Source of the DNA: an uncultured Clostridia bacterium
Lineage (GTDB): Bacteria; Bacillota; Clostridia; Christensenellales; Borkfalkiaceae
Assembly (NCBI GenBank): GCA_944372565.1
Contig: CALVZR010000120.1
Span: forward strand, 1 to 44,644
Direction: 5' to 3'
DNA length: 44,644 nt
Numbering within the stretch: position 1 is the stretch's first letter; each line of letters starts with the position of its first letter. Of the stretch, positions 7,678 to 17,062 are shown piece by piece. Below the pieces are notes generated by a model, which worked only from the letters and a program-made list of their open reading frames with translations, searched no databases and was not told the origin of the DNA. The translations under genes and the position numbers were made by a program.

Positions 7678-9012
7678 TTAGCCGCTCGTTTTGGGGATGG
7701 TTACGACGATAAATCCTTTATCCACGACAACAGAGCCGCCCGCCATCACTTCGCCCATGACCGTCAAAAGCCCTTCGGCGAATTTATACTCATCCGAAAC
7801 CATCACGCCGAAGTCTCCGAAGATCACTTCTTTGAAGTTAAACGGCGAACCGTAGATCATGGTCTGCACCGCAGCGGTCGTCTGCGCGGTGCCCTGATGC
7901 GCCGTAAGCGTGGGAACGAGACAGTAAGGCACGGCAAGCCCGCCGTCTTCGATGATACCGATATTCGGGTTGGTCGCGTTCGGCGTAATCTTATATACGG
8001 GCAGCTTGTTGTTCGTTCCGCGAACGTCGCCGAATGCGATCAGGTCCGCCTTGTTGAGATACAGCACGGCGTTTCCGTACACATTCGCGTCGCCGCCGTA
8101 AGACATCGCGATGAGCCGCAGCGTGCGCTCGTTGATCTGCCCGTTCGTGGCGTTGAGCAGGCCGTTTGCCGTGCTCGCTTCGAGCGTCTGATACATCGGA
8201 TTGGAAGAATCGTCCATGCCCGTCTTGATTTTCGTCACGATATCCTGCGCCAGCTTAACGCGGAGCGCGATCATCGCGGATTCCGTAACTTTTCCGAGGT
8301 AATTGAGCGGCGTAACCTTCTGCAACTCTCTCGAAACATAGCTCGTTACGGCAATGTTCTGCGGCGCGATCGTAACGGTGCCGAACGTGGGATCGGAAGC
8401 GGTCTGCGCCGTTCCTTCCGTCTTTGCGCTCGCAGTCGGAGACGCCTTCATAAACGATTCCTTATAGGAACCCGCGCCGCTCATATCGACGACCTGCACC
8501 TGATCGAAAATTGTGATGAGCTCGTTGAACGGATTCGTGATTCCCCCGACAAGCGTGGGCTTGGCGATGCCGGCGGTGGACGTCGTGATATTCCGTTTCC
8601 CGGAATTCGAAAGCCCGACGATCTCTTCCGCCGAAATTCTCAAATTCCTGCTCTTCTTGAACTCTTCCGCCCGTTTTTCAAACGCCTTGCGTATTTCCCT
8701 GTGCTCCATCGCGGAAAGGTCGTATCTGAGGATGTCCGTACTCCTCAGCTCTTTTTCTTCAAACATCTTTATCGTTTTTTCTCCTGAATTTTTATTTTCC
8801 GATTCGGAAATTTCCGAAAGCCTGTCCCGCAGCTCCGTTTTTGCCGCGAGTTCGCTGTCCAGTTTTTCTTTTTCTGCCCTGATTTCCGCAAACTCTTCCG
8901 CGGTAATTTGCGCACGGTGCTCTTCGAGCTTTTTGCGGAGTTCTTCCTTTTTTGCCTTGATCTGTTCGATTTTGAGGTTTACGTTCCTCAGCTGTTCGAT
9001 GACCTTTTCCAT
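7678..9012 (-). CDS. Major capsid protein, HK97 family, with N-terminal coiled-coil delta/scaffold domain
   Basis: 444 aa. The first ~110 aa are E/K-rich coiled coil. Follows the prohead protease; RBS GGGAGG. Confidence 0.9.
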   Translation of the reverse strand: MEKVIEQLRNVNLKIEQIKAKKEELRKKLEEHRAQITAEEFAEIRAEKEKLDSELAAKTELRDRLSEISESENKNSGEKTIKMFEEKELRSTDILRYDLSAMEHREIRKAFEKRAEEFKKSRNLRISAEEIVGLSNSGKRNITTSTAGIAKPTLVGGITNPFNELITIFDQVQVVDMSGAGSYKESFMKASPTASAKTEGTAQTASDPTFGTVTIAPQNIAVTSYVSRELQKVTPLNYLGKVTESAMIALRVKLAQDIVTKIKTGMDDSSNPMYQTLEASTANGLLNATNGQINERTLRLIAMSYGGDANVYGNAVLYLNKADLIAFGDVRGTNNKLPVYKITPNATNPNIGIIEDGGLAVPYCLVPTLTAHQGTAQTTAAVQTMIYGSPFNFKEVIFGDFGVMVSDEYKFAEGLLTVMGEVMAGGSVVVDKGFIVVTIPKTSG

Positions 9013-9016
9013 CTTC

Positions 9017-9601
9017 TTAAACCTCCCAATTCTGAATGGTCTTTTCGATTTCTTTTTTCAGATTTTGTTCCCGTTTTGCCCGCTCTTCCTCATTTTGACG
9101 GGCTGCCATTACGACCGTTTCCTTATATGCGGGGAACGGCGTAATCGTGATTTCGTGCAATGCGTTGAAATGCGTGATCGTCCGCGTAAGCGTTTCGGGA
9201 TTGACTATATCCGAAAACTCAAACCAAAAACTCATTCCGTCCACGATTTTCGCTTCGATAAGGTTGTACCAATCCCTCGCGTATTGCGTATTCGGCATTT
9301 CGCATTCCATAAACAGCCCCGTATCGTCTGTTTCCAAACGCATATTGATTCCGTTCTTGCCGAGCACGTTATCCGGATTATGCCCGACAAGCAGATATAC
9401 GTTATCCAAATCGACGCCGTCGAGAGCCGTCGGAAGAATCGTCTCCGTAATCTCGCCGTAAAACCAGTCATATACCTTTGTCGGCGTATTGAACAAAATC
9501 GGATAACCGCGGACGACCAGCTTTTTTCCGCTTCCGTCTTCGGCCCGCACTTCAGTTTCAAAATTTACGGATCTGAATTCATTTTTCCTGTTATTCTGCA
9601 T
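9017..9601 (-). CDS. Prohead serine protease (HK97 / S78-like)
   Basis: 194 aa between the portal and capsid genes. Has a VGHNPDNVLGK motif; RBS GGAAGGAGGAG. Confidence 0.85.
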   Translation of the reverse strand: MQNNRKNEFRSVNFETEVRAEDGSGKKLVVRGYPILFNTPTKVYDWFYGEITETILPTALDGVDLDNVYLLVGHNPDNVLGKNGINMRLETDDTGLFMECEMPNTQYARDWYNLIEAKIVDGMSFWFEFSDIVNPETLTRTITHFNALHEITITPFPAYKETVVMAARQNEEERAKREQNLKKEIEKTIQNWEV

Positions 9602-10865
9602 TTTCTCCTCCTTCCGACGCCGCGGAAGCGGGGGCTTTCGGTTCTGCCGCAGGTTCCGCCGCCTTCTTGACGCCGTTTTTTGCCAACTGGTATTCGTCGG
9701 CGCGCTCTATATTTACCGTATCCGCGGTGACACGGTACATCTGACCGTATCCGCCCGGAATCGGGGGAAGCCCGATGATTTCGCGCATCTCGTCCAAATT
9801 CATCACGCCCTGTCTCGCCGCCACACCGAACAGCGCCGTCTTTGCCGATAAGGTGCTGATGGAAAGGCTGAAAGTATCGAGTTCGAGACGGTTCCCGAAC
9901 TCCTGTTCCCTTTTTGTGAACAGCTTTGTCGTAAATTCCTGCTCCACTTGCCGCGCGATGGGTTCGATTTTGTTTTTGATAAACATTTCGTATTCGATTT
10001 CGCTCGCCTTGTTGTTGATGATCGAATCCGTTATGCCGAAATAGTTATACACGACGTTTATCGCAAACTGCATCAGTTCGCGGTTGACGTCGTTTTCCTG
10101 CCAGTTGATTGGCGTGATTTTCCATTGCGGGTCAAAGTAGGCGATTCCCTTTACGTTGTTATCGAAATTCGCCTTGACGTCATCCATCGTCCCTTTTTTG
10201 TCGCCCGGTTTCAGGTTTCCCTGATGCCCTGTATTTGCCTGCAAAATCGCGCGCGGCTTTTTGGGATCTGCCACGTTGATAGCCTGCGCCGCGAGCGCCT
10301 GGATCACCGTTTCGTATAAACCGAGATCGTTGCGAGGTCCGCCGCCCAGCGCCGAAAATCTGTTCAGATAAATCAGGCTGTCGAGGTTATACGTCTTTCC
10401 GAGCGACATAAATTCGACCGTCGCCGTATCGTCGTAAAGTTTGAAATCGAACTGGTCCTCCGGCAGCACGTAAAGCTGTTTCAGCTCTCCCGTCTTCCGC
10501 TCAAAAACGGGCTCGATAAAAACATTGTTGTACAGCATATACTGCGTGACGACGTTCACCCAGAACTGCGTGGCGTTTTGCAGGGGATTTGCCCGCATCG
10601 TCAAAACCCTTGACGAGTTGTTTTCGAAGTACGTTATATGCCCGTCTTTATCCTTCCGCTCGAAATACTTCGGGATGGTCGCAAAGATCTGCGCGAAGGC
10701 GTCGATCGCCGTGCGCACTTCCGGAATATTGTAAATATTGCTCGCATAGTTGTAAGCGAACCATCCGACGTTCCCGCCGTAATATTCGTAGATAATCGTC
10801 CGAAGATCTTTCGGCTCTTCGGATTTTTTGAACATTCTGGCTATAAAATTTCGGAACTTTCCCAT
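9591..10865 (-). CDS. Portal protein (HK97 family)
   Basis: 424 aa directly after the large terminase; RBS AGGAGAAAAG. Confidence 0.9.
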   Translation of the reverse strand: MGKFRNFIARMFKKSEEPKDLRTIIYEYYGGNVGWFAYNYASNIYNIPEVRTAIDAFAQIFATIPKYFERKDKDGHITYFENNSSRVLTMRANPLQNATQFWVNVVTQYMLYNNVFIEPVFERKTGELKQLYVLPEDQFDFKLYDDTATVEFMSLGKTYNLDSLIYLNRFSALGGGPRNDLGLYETVIQALAAQAINVADPKKPRAILQANTGHQGNLKPGDKKGTMDDVKANFDNNVKGIAYFDPQWKITPINWQENDVNRELMQFAINVVYNYFGITDSIINNKASEIEYEMFIKNKIEPIARQVEQEFTTKLFTKREQEFGNRLELDTFSLSISTLSAKTALFGVAARQGVMNLDEMREIIGLPPIPGGYGQMYRVTADTVNIERADEYQLAKNGVKKAAEPAAEPKAPASAASEGGENAE

Positions 10866-10873
10866 CTTTTCTC

Positions 10874-12640
10874 CTAAATGGCAAATAATTCGGGCAGCAT
10901 CGTTTTATATTCGTCCAGCTCTTTTGCCCGCTGATAACCTACGAACGCATTGAATATGCCGATCGCGCCGTCGATGTGCCCCGTGGATTTCGCCTTATGC
11001 GGGGCAAGATTGTTGTTCGCATCCTGTCTCACCTTCAGATTGTAAAAGCAATACGGCAGAAGTTTGTTGTTTTCGTCGTACTCGATCGCTTCCGCCTCGA
11101 AAAGACTCCTGATGATCTTGATCGGCTCCGAAAGCGTCCAGCCGCCCTGCGCGACCTCGGTTAAAATACCGTAGTCTCTTTCGATCGTCTTATCCTCTTT
11201 GCTGTACGTAATCTTTTCATGCGAAAAACCGTTTTCCTGCATATCCGTGAGCCACTCTTTCGAGAGCGCTCTGTCATAGCCGATTTTCAGGAAATTCACC
11301 TTGTATTCGTCGCGCAGCATCACGAACCAGCGCGTAACATACTCTTTCTGCACATAGGCGCCCGGAGTGATGATCACCAGCCTCGACGTCACGGTATTGT
11401 CCTCGTTCAGATGCTGCATCCGGGCATATTCCTGCTTGTCCCGTTCGCTGTTTCTCTCCAGTCTTCCCTCCGCGATGAAATAAGCCTGAATATAGATAAA
11501 TTTGCCCTTATCCGTTAAAATCTGCGCCGTCGCGTTGCAAAGGTCGGTCGTTTCCGCCAGATCCACGCCGCCCGTCGCGTATGTATCTACGATTTCTTCC
11601 GAAAAGATCTTGCGCATTCCGCGGCTGATCGCCGCCAGGTCGAAGAAATCTATCGCCGCGCCGATCTGGCGGTTCAGATGCTTTGCCAAAAAATTACTCA
11701 GCATAGCGGGCGATTTTTTCATACTTTCAAACTGCGATTTCAAAAACGCGAGCCGCGGCCGCCCGTCTTTCATCCCCGGATTCGCTTTTGGCCAACAAGT
11801 CGGATCGTTGTAATCGTCCTCTTCGTCGATGCCGAACATCAAGGCGAAAATGCGGTCGTCCCGCCCGAGTTTCTTTTTCCTTAAAAACTCCCTGTTCCTT
11901 TCAAAAATCCTTTCGTACAGGCTCGCGGGCGTCGTTCCCGCAGAAGAGATGACGATCATCATCGGCTGTTCGCGCGCGCCCATTCCCGTTTTTAATGCGT
12001 CGTACTGATTGAAATGGATGATTTCGTGCGCTTCGTTCACAACGGCTACGGACGGATTGTCGCCGTCCTTTCCCTTCGAGCGCCCGCTCAGATATTCTAT
12101 CCTGCCGTTATTGAACTTGCATCGGATGTATTTTTCCGTTTTTCTTTCGGAAAACATTTTGCTCAGCGGATATTGCCCCACCGCGGTTTTTATCAGGTCA
12201 TACGTTCTCTTTGACTGCTTTTCGTTTTCTGCGACGATCTGGCACCAGGGCCGCGCTTCCTTTTCCAGCCCGACGAACCAGCCTATCAACGTGACGATGA
12301 ACGTATCTTTCCCCCACTTTCTCGCCACAAAGAGATCGAGCTCGTTGAAATATCTGACATATTTCTTTTCCTGCTTGTCGTACAGCTTGATCCCCAAGAT
12401 ACAAGCGACGATATATTTCTGTTCCAGATCGAGCTCGATGGGCTTTCCCGCCCATTTCCCCTCCTGATGCCGAAACAGCCGCGCGAACTCCCGAAACGCG
12501 ACGGGATCGCTCTCTTTGTAGAAAACATTTTTCCGGGCAAGCAGTTCCTTGATCTGCCTGACGTTATCCTTCACGTCTTTGTTGTACTGAAACGGATGAT
12601 CTTCCACATATTTGAAAAAATCCGTGATCCATTTCAGCAT
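10874..12640 (-). CDS. terL: Terminase large subunit
   Basis: 588 aa between the small terminase and portal genes; RBS GGAGGAAC. Confidence 0.9.
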   Translation of the reverse strand: MLKWITDFFKYVEDHPFQYNKDVKDNVRQIKELLARKNVFYKESDPVAFREFARLFRHQEGKWAGKPIELDLEQKYIVACILGIKLYDKQEKKYVRYFNELDLFVARKWGKDTFIVTLIGWFVGLEKEARPWCQIVAENEKQSKRTYDLIKTAVGQYPLSKMFSERKTEKYIRCKFNNGRIEYLSGRSKGKDGDNPSVAVVNEAHEIIHFNQYDALKTGMGAREQPMMIVISSAGTTPASLYERIFERNREFLRKKKLGRDDRIFALMFGIDEEDDYNDPTCWPKANPGMKDGRPRLAFLKSQFESMKKSPAMLSNFLAKHLNRQIGAAIDFFDLAAISRGMRKIFSEEIVDTYATGGVDLAETTDLCNATAQILTDKGKFIYIQAYFIAEGRLERNSERDKQEYARMQHLNEDNTVTSRLVIITPGAYVQKEYVTRWFVMLRDEYKVNFLKIGYDRALSKEWLTDMQENGFSHEKITYSKEDKTIERDYGILTEVAQGGWTLSEPIKIIRSLFEAEAIEYDENNKLLPYCFYNLKVRQDANNNLAPHKAKSTGHIDGAIGIFNAFVGYQRAKELDEYKTMLPELFAI

Positions 12641-12661
12641 ACGCTCCGTTCCTCCGATTTT

Positions 12662-13174
12662 TTATTCGTCGCTGCGCTCCATCAGTTTCCTGAATATTTC
12701 TTCATCGTCTTTTGCGTTTGCCGCCTGCAACCCGGCACGGGCGCGTGCCAGCGGGGATAATCCGAGCTGATCGAACAGCTTGATGCAGATCAGCGCGTTA
12801 TCGTGCCGCCGCTTGATATTCGGATTCGGCTTTGCCGTCGTCCTGTCCTCGCCGTCCTTGTCCTTGCCGAGCGTAACGATGATATACGGGCGCGGATCGT
12901 TCTTCAGCTCCTCGTCCGCCCTGTCCGTCTCTACCTTTGCGCGGCAATACAGTTCCATCAGATGAACGTCTGCATCCGACACGCGGCAGTTCACCGTTTC
13001 GCGGAACACCTTCGTCAGCCACTTCCATACGACGCGCTCTTCCGCCGTCAATGTTTTCGGCGGTTTGAAATTCTGACTCTGATAAACGGGCGTAAGTTCC
13101 TCCCGGTTGCACAAATGCTCATTGCTGCGCTTCTGCGTTTGTTTATCGGCGTCTGTTCTCGGGGCTCTCGCCAT
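12662..13174 (-). CDS. terS: Terminase small subunit (P27 family by recall)
   Basis: 170 aa, C-terminal ...LFDQLGLSPLARARAGL. The start overlaps the 3' end of the HNH gene by 32 nt; RBS GGGAGA. Confidence 0.8.
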   Translation of the reverse strand: MARAPRTDADKQTQKRSNEHLCNREELTPVYQSQNFKPPKTLTAEERVVWKWLTKVFRETVNCRVSDADVHLMELYCRAKVETDRADEELKNDPRPYIIVTLGKDKDGEDRTTAKPNPNIKRRHDNALICIKLFDQLGLSPLARARAGLQAANAKDDEEIFRKLMERSDE

Positions 13175-13490
13175 TTTTTAACGTCTCCCAAAATGTTTCA
13201 AATTTTTGCAGCGGGCTTTCCCTTCCGTGCGATTCGTTGTGGCACGCGGGGCAAAGCAGTTCGAGATTTCCGATTTTCAGCCTTAAATCCCACCGCTTTT
13301 CAATCGGCACTATGTGATGCACCTCTTTTCCCGCCGTAATTTTTCCCTTTTTCAGACATCGCTCGCATAATCCGTTCGCCTGAGCAAACTTTTCCGCCCT
13401 CAGCGTTTTCCACGCCGCAGAATTATAAAAATCGTTGAATTTTTTATGATAATTTTCCATATCCGCCGCCCGTAAACGAAAATTTTTCAT
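13143..13490 (-). CDS. HNH endonuclease (packaging-associated)
   Basis: CERC ... HHIVP ... N ... CPACHNESH motifs, immediately upstream of terS. The start is uncertain (the alternative ATG at 13460 has a slightly better RBS). Confidence 0.85.
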   Translation of the reverse strand: MKNFRLRAADMENYHKKFNDFYNSAAWKTLRAEKFAQANGLCERCLKKGKITAGKEVHHIVPIEKRWDLRLKIGNLELLCPACHNESHGRESPLQKFETFWETLKNGESPENRRR

Positions 13491-13723
13491 TTGCGGAAAT
13501 ATTTATAAAAGTGCATTTGGCGGGCTTTAAACGCGCGGGCGCATCGTGCATGCATATAGGGGGGGGTATGCTTTTTCGTTTCTTTTGCAAAAAGGGAGAG
13601 CAAACGCAGCCCGCCTGCCCTCCCCCGCAACGATAAAAACGAAAGGGGTTTTCGTTTTCGGGAAAGCCGGTCTTCCCTCGGTTATAGTGTAACACATAAT
13701 TTTTGCCATTTTTTGTTGTCTTT

Positions 13724-14098
13724 TTAAATCCCGCATTTATTTTTGAATTCGTCCAAAAACGCCTTAACCGAGCTTTGAGCCGAAAGCCGTTTCAAAGCGG
13801 CATCTTCGAGGTGCGTGCAGTAGCTGTACGAATAATTCACCCTCGCCGCGATCTCATCCCAGCTTTTCCCGTCCACATAATGCAGTTCGATGATCCGTCG
13901 TTCCTTGATGCTCTCCGTCTGCCCGATGATATCGAATCCGGCTTTTATGAACGAGGCAATCTCTTCGGTTTCTTTTTGGTATCTGCCCCGCTCTTCATCC
14001 GTCACCGCAAACAAGATCCGCCGCGAGAGTTCTTTTTCACGCGTTCTGTAATCCCGAAACCGCTTGAAATACTTTCGTAAAAGTTTTATGTATTCCAT
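13724..14098 (-). CDS. Sigma-70 region-4-like late transcriptional activator (RinA / ArpU / DUF1492-like)
   Basis: ORF trimmed to the ATG at 14098, preceded by GGAGGAAAAAGAGG. C-terminal helix-turn-helix ERRIIELHYVDGKSWDEIAARVNYSYSYCTHLEDAALKRL. Last gene before the packaging module. Confidence 0.7.
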   Translation of the reverse strand: MEYIKLLRKYFKRFRDYRTREKELSRRILFAVTDEERGRYQKETEEIASFIKAGFDIIGQTESIKERRIIELHYVDGKSWDEIAARVNYSYSYCTHLEDAALKRLSAQSSVKAFLDEFKNKCGI

Positions 14099-14112
14099 CC
14101 TCTTTTTCCTCC

Positions 14113-14946
14113 TCATTGCCGAACGCGGCATAATTTTGCGTAAATATACGCCCCGCTGATAAAGTCGCTTACCGAAATATTCAACGCCGTCAGTTTGAAT
14201 TTCGGATTGATCTTTTCGAGGATCTCTACCGCATCCTCATAGTGTTCCGCCAGTCTGGAAACCTTTTTCCTCGTGAACAACGTATCGGACACCGTGATCT
14301 TCGGCTTTTTCAGGTTTTTGGATGCAGCCCACATCTTTTCATACTTCACCGATCTGCTTTTCGTGATATACCGCGCGAGCCCCTCCAAGCCGAATTCATC
14401 CGGCTGCAGGCGCCTTGTTTGCGTTCTCGCTCCCCCGTTCCATTTTTTCTCTGCAATATCCCTGTCCGGGAAGTTCATAACGATATGATGGTGAATGCGT
14501 ATTTTTTTGCCGTCGTTTATGTATTCCGTGACATAGACGTACTTCAGCTCGCCGAGACCTCTTTTCTTCATCCAATAATCCAGCCTGCGCAGATATCTCT
14601 GTACAAACCTCTTCGCGGCGTTCACGTCTTCCGGCAAGTGTTCGTTATCGTAAGTAAACGTGCCCCAAATGTCTTTTTCCGTAAAATTCGCGTTCAGAAG
14701 ACGGATCAGCCGTTTCTGTGAATTCTTCTTGTTATACTTCGCGACGGCAGCTTCGGAAGGCTTTTGGTACTCGTTTCCCCTTTTTAAGTCCCGCCTTGAC
14801 TTGTATATCGGGTAGATCTCCACCTCTCTCTGATTTCCCGCGGTGATCGTCTTCGCCCGGTATCCGACCACGCCCTTTCTGTCTATGTACCCCGCAAACT
14901 CTTTTTCGAACAGTTCTTCCCGCTCGGCCGTAAACCCCTTCTTCAT
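14113..14946 (-). CDS. HUH-superfamily rolling-circle replication initiator-like protein
   Basis: All three classical RCR motifs are present in order: GTFTY (aa 95-99), HHHIVM (aa 152-157) and a YITK tyrosine motif (aa 193-196). RBS AAGGGAGAAG. Confidence 0.7.
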   Translation of the reverse strand: MKKGFTAEREELFEKEFAGYIDRKGVVGYRAKTITAGNQREVEIYPIYKSRRDLKRGNEYQKPSEAAVAKYNKKNSQKRLIRLLNANFTEKDIWGTFTYDNEHLPEDVNAAKRFVQRYLRRLDYWMKKRGLGELKYVYVTEYINDGKKIRIHHHIVMNFPDRDIAEKKWNGGARTQTRRLQPDEFGLEGLARYITKSRSVKYEKMWAASKNLKKPKITVSDTLFTRKKVSRLAEHYEDAVEILEKINPKFKLTALNISVSDFISGAYIYAKLCRVRQ

Positions 14947-14987
14947 TTCTTCTCCCTTTTTGTTTTTCGTTGACTTGTTAATACTGA

Positions 14988-15064
14988 TTACGAGCCCGCA
15001 AAAGCCTTCTTTTTAAGGCTATATATAATGTATATAGCAATGCGGCACGGGCTCTTACGAGCCC
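14988..15064. repeat. Structured intergenic region: two copies of TTACGAGCCC, two hairpins and an AT palindrome (candidate origin or regulatory region)
   Basis: TTACGAGCCC occurs at 14988-14997 and 15055-15064. Hairpins are GGGCTC-TTAC-GAGCCC at 15049-15064 and GCCTT-CTTTTT-AAGGC at 15004-15019. The palindrome CTATATA-taatg-TATATAG is at 15019-15037. Confidence 0.5.
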
Positions 15065-15084
15065 CGCCGCCGCTGCTTTTTTCT

Positions 15085-15483
15085 TCAAACGACCTCTTCC
15101 TGGTTCGTTTCGCTGTAATTTTTTTTGAATATCAGTACGCCTTTCGGGTTCTTCTGAATGACGATTTTTATCTGCGATATTTTTATATTTATCGCATCGA
15201 TAAATTCATCGAGCACGCACATTGCGCCGCTTCTGAGAATTTCCGTCGTATTCTCCACGAAAAACACTCCTCTCTTTTGGCAAAACTCGCGGACGCTTTC
15301 GATCGCCCCTTCGATGCGCCTGACGTTCTTTTCCCTCAGTTCCTCTCTTTCCTTGTCCGCCCTGTATTGAACTGCATCCCCGCAATCGCAATGCATCGTC
15401 GCATACTCGGCGGCTTCCTCTTCGGTTTTGAATTCCCGATCCGCTATAATTTGAAAATCACAAAATTTACAATGCGCCAGCAT
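15085..15483 (-). CDS. Hypothetical protein with N-terminal Cys cluster (CxxC...CxC)
   Basis: 132-aa ORF, RBS GAGGAGGA. No family recognised. Confidence 0.6.
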   Translation of the reverse strand: MLAHCKFCDFQIIADREFKTEEEAAEYATMHCDCGDAVQYRADKEREELREKNVRRIEGAIESVREFCQKRGVFFVENTTEILRSGAMCVLDEFIDAINIKISQIKIVIQKNPKGVLIFKKNYSETNQEEVV

Positions 15484-15501
15484 TTTTTCAATCCTCCTCG
15501 T

Positions 15502-17061
15502 TCAACTCGCTTTTTCCAATATCATCGGCAACAACACCTTATCCTGCCAAAGCCTGATAAAACTCCACACCTGCGGAGACGGATTCCCGTTTTGAAAAGC
15601 ACGCGCCTGCACTACATTCAGATTTTTCGGATCGAGTTCGAGCGTTACGAAAGGCACATCCGGTTCTGTTTCCTTTCTGATAAACAGAATCACGCTTCGT
15701 TCCTCCGCCACTCTTTCGATATATGTGCCGACGCAATGCCGCATCGCCTTTCCTTCCTCCTTAATCTCTGCAGCGTTATGCGGCGCGCGGAGGATCAGTC
15801 CCGCATTTTTGTAATTGTATAAATCCGCCGCCGCCCGACACATTTTCTCGCACATACTGTTTTTCAGCTCTTCGCTCAACTCCGCTTTCAGGCGGGTTGC
15901 TCTGTCGTGCATTTCCTTAAAATTCTTCGGCTTTGAATACATCGTATCTCCGACGTTGTACCCGAGCAACACACACGCGCAAATGTAATCGCGGTAATCC
16001 AGCGAGAACCTTCCCCACTCGGACGGGCTTTTCCGCTGCGTTTTCAGGTAATTAAAAAACGTGTAAAACCCCACTTTTTCCGCAATATAATCCAAAGCAT
16101 TTCCGTTTGCGTTCGCCACGACCTTCAAATACTGCGGTTTCGGAGGGATCTTGTTTTTCTCCATCCACTGAAGAGCCGCGATTCCCCTGCTCCTTAAATT
16201 CCGGCGGAGAGCGAATGTGTAATATTCTTTCCGATGCAGTTGCAAAAATTTTTTCAATTCGTTCTGCCTGTAGTCAACGACTTCGCAAAGCGAGCTATAA
16301 CTGTAAATCAGCTCGTCCGCCAGTTCTGATAACCCCACTTTCACGAGATATTCGATCTGCGGCCTCGAGCGCATCCGCTCTATTACCACCGCCGGATCTT
16401 CATAGCGTTTGCCGCACAAACGGGCGACGGGCATAAACCGATATCTTTCGTACTTTTTCAAAATACTTCGGATGTTTTTCGTGTAAACCAGTCCGCATTC
16501 CGGCAAAACGTAAGAAAAATGCGTCTGATATATACCGTTTATCCATTTTTTTTGATAATCGCCGTTCGAATCTCTTTTCTCCCAATCGGTGCGCGATTGA
16601 AAATAACGCACTCCTCCGTCCGAACAGACGAAAGCACGCTGCAGTTCCGTCATTGAAAAACACGTGAAGTTTGCATAATGATAGCCGTAATGAATCTTAA
16701 AGTAGCGCACCATTATGCCCTCGTTGTTCCCCGCGTCCGAAATGTTTTCCATATAAATCGCCATATCTTCGAGCATACCGTTACATCTGTCGTGCGTGTT
16801 TCTTACCTGAACGGGCTTTTTACAAACGAGGCATTTTGTCAGTTCGCCTTTTTTGATGTTCGTCATCACGGACTTTTGTTTGCAGTGCTGGCATTCGACT
16901 TCATACGTCTTCGGCGCGATCCTCGTCGCAAATAAAAATTTTATCCCGTGATGCATCTTTTTCTTGCAAAATTCCGCGAAATCCACGGGCAAGTCGCCGA
17001 CCTGTTCCATCAGCCACTCTCTCCCGAGCATATTCTTTACCATTTTCTTCCGTTTCGGCAT
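15502..17061 (-). CDS. PcfJ-like domain protein
   Basis: ORF trimmed to the ATG at 17061 (GGAGGA upstream; the upstream gene stops at 17063). The C-terminal EEGKAMRHCVGTYIERVAEERSVILFIR block is characteristic of PcfJ-like domains (recall). N-terminal CxxC..CxxC ribbon. Confidence 0.65.
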   Translation of the reverse strand: MPKRKKMVKNMLGREWLMEQVGDLPVDFAEFCKKKMHHGIKFLFATRIAPKTYEVECQHCKQKSVMTNIKKGELTKCLVCKKPVQVRNTHDRCNGMLEDMAIYMENISDAGNNEGIMVRYFKIHYGYHYANFTCFSMTELQRAFVCSDGGVRYFQSRTDWEKRDSNGDYQKKWINGIYQTHFSYVLPECGLVYTKNIRSILKKYERYRFMPVARLCGKRYEDPAVVIERMRSRPQIEYLVKVGLSELADELIYSYSSLCEVVDYRQNELKKFLQLHRKEYYTFALRRNLRSRGIAALQWMEKNKIPPKPQYLKVVANANGNALDYIAEKVGFYTFFNYLKTQRKSPSEWGRFSLDYRDYICACVLLGYNVGDTMYSKPKNFKEMHDRATRLKAELSEELKNSMCEKMCRAAADLYNYKNAGLILRAPHNAAEIKEEGKAMRHCVGTYIERVAEERSVILFIRKETEPDVPFVTLELDPKNLNVVQARAFQNGNPSPQVWSFIRLWQDKVLLPMILEKAS

Positions 17062-17062
17062 A

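Noticed and set aside
7642-9670. Long plus-strand ORFs (7642..8787, 381 aa; 8513..9670, 385 aa) antisense to the capsid, protease and portal genes
   Set aside because: Their translations are low-complexity (R-rich or S/F/L-rich) and have no RBS. They lie fully inside well-supported minus-strand structural genes, so they are typical antisense open frames.
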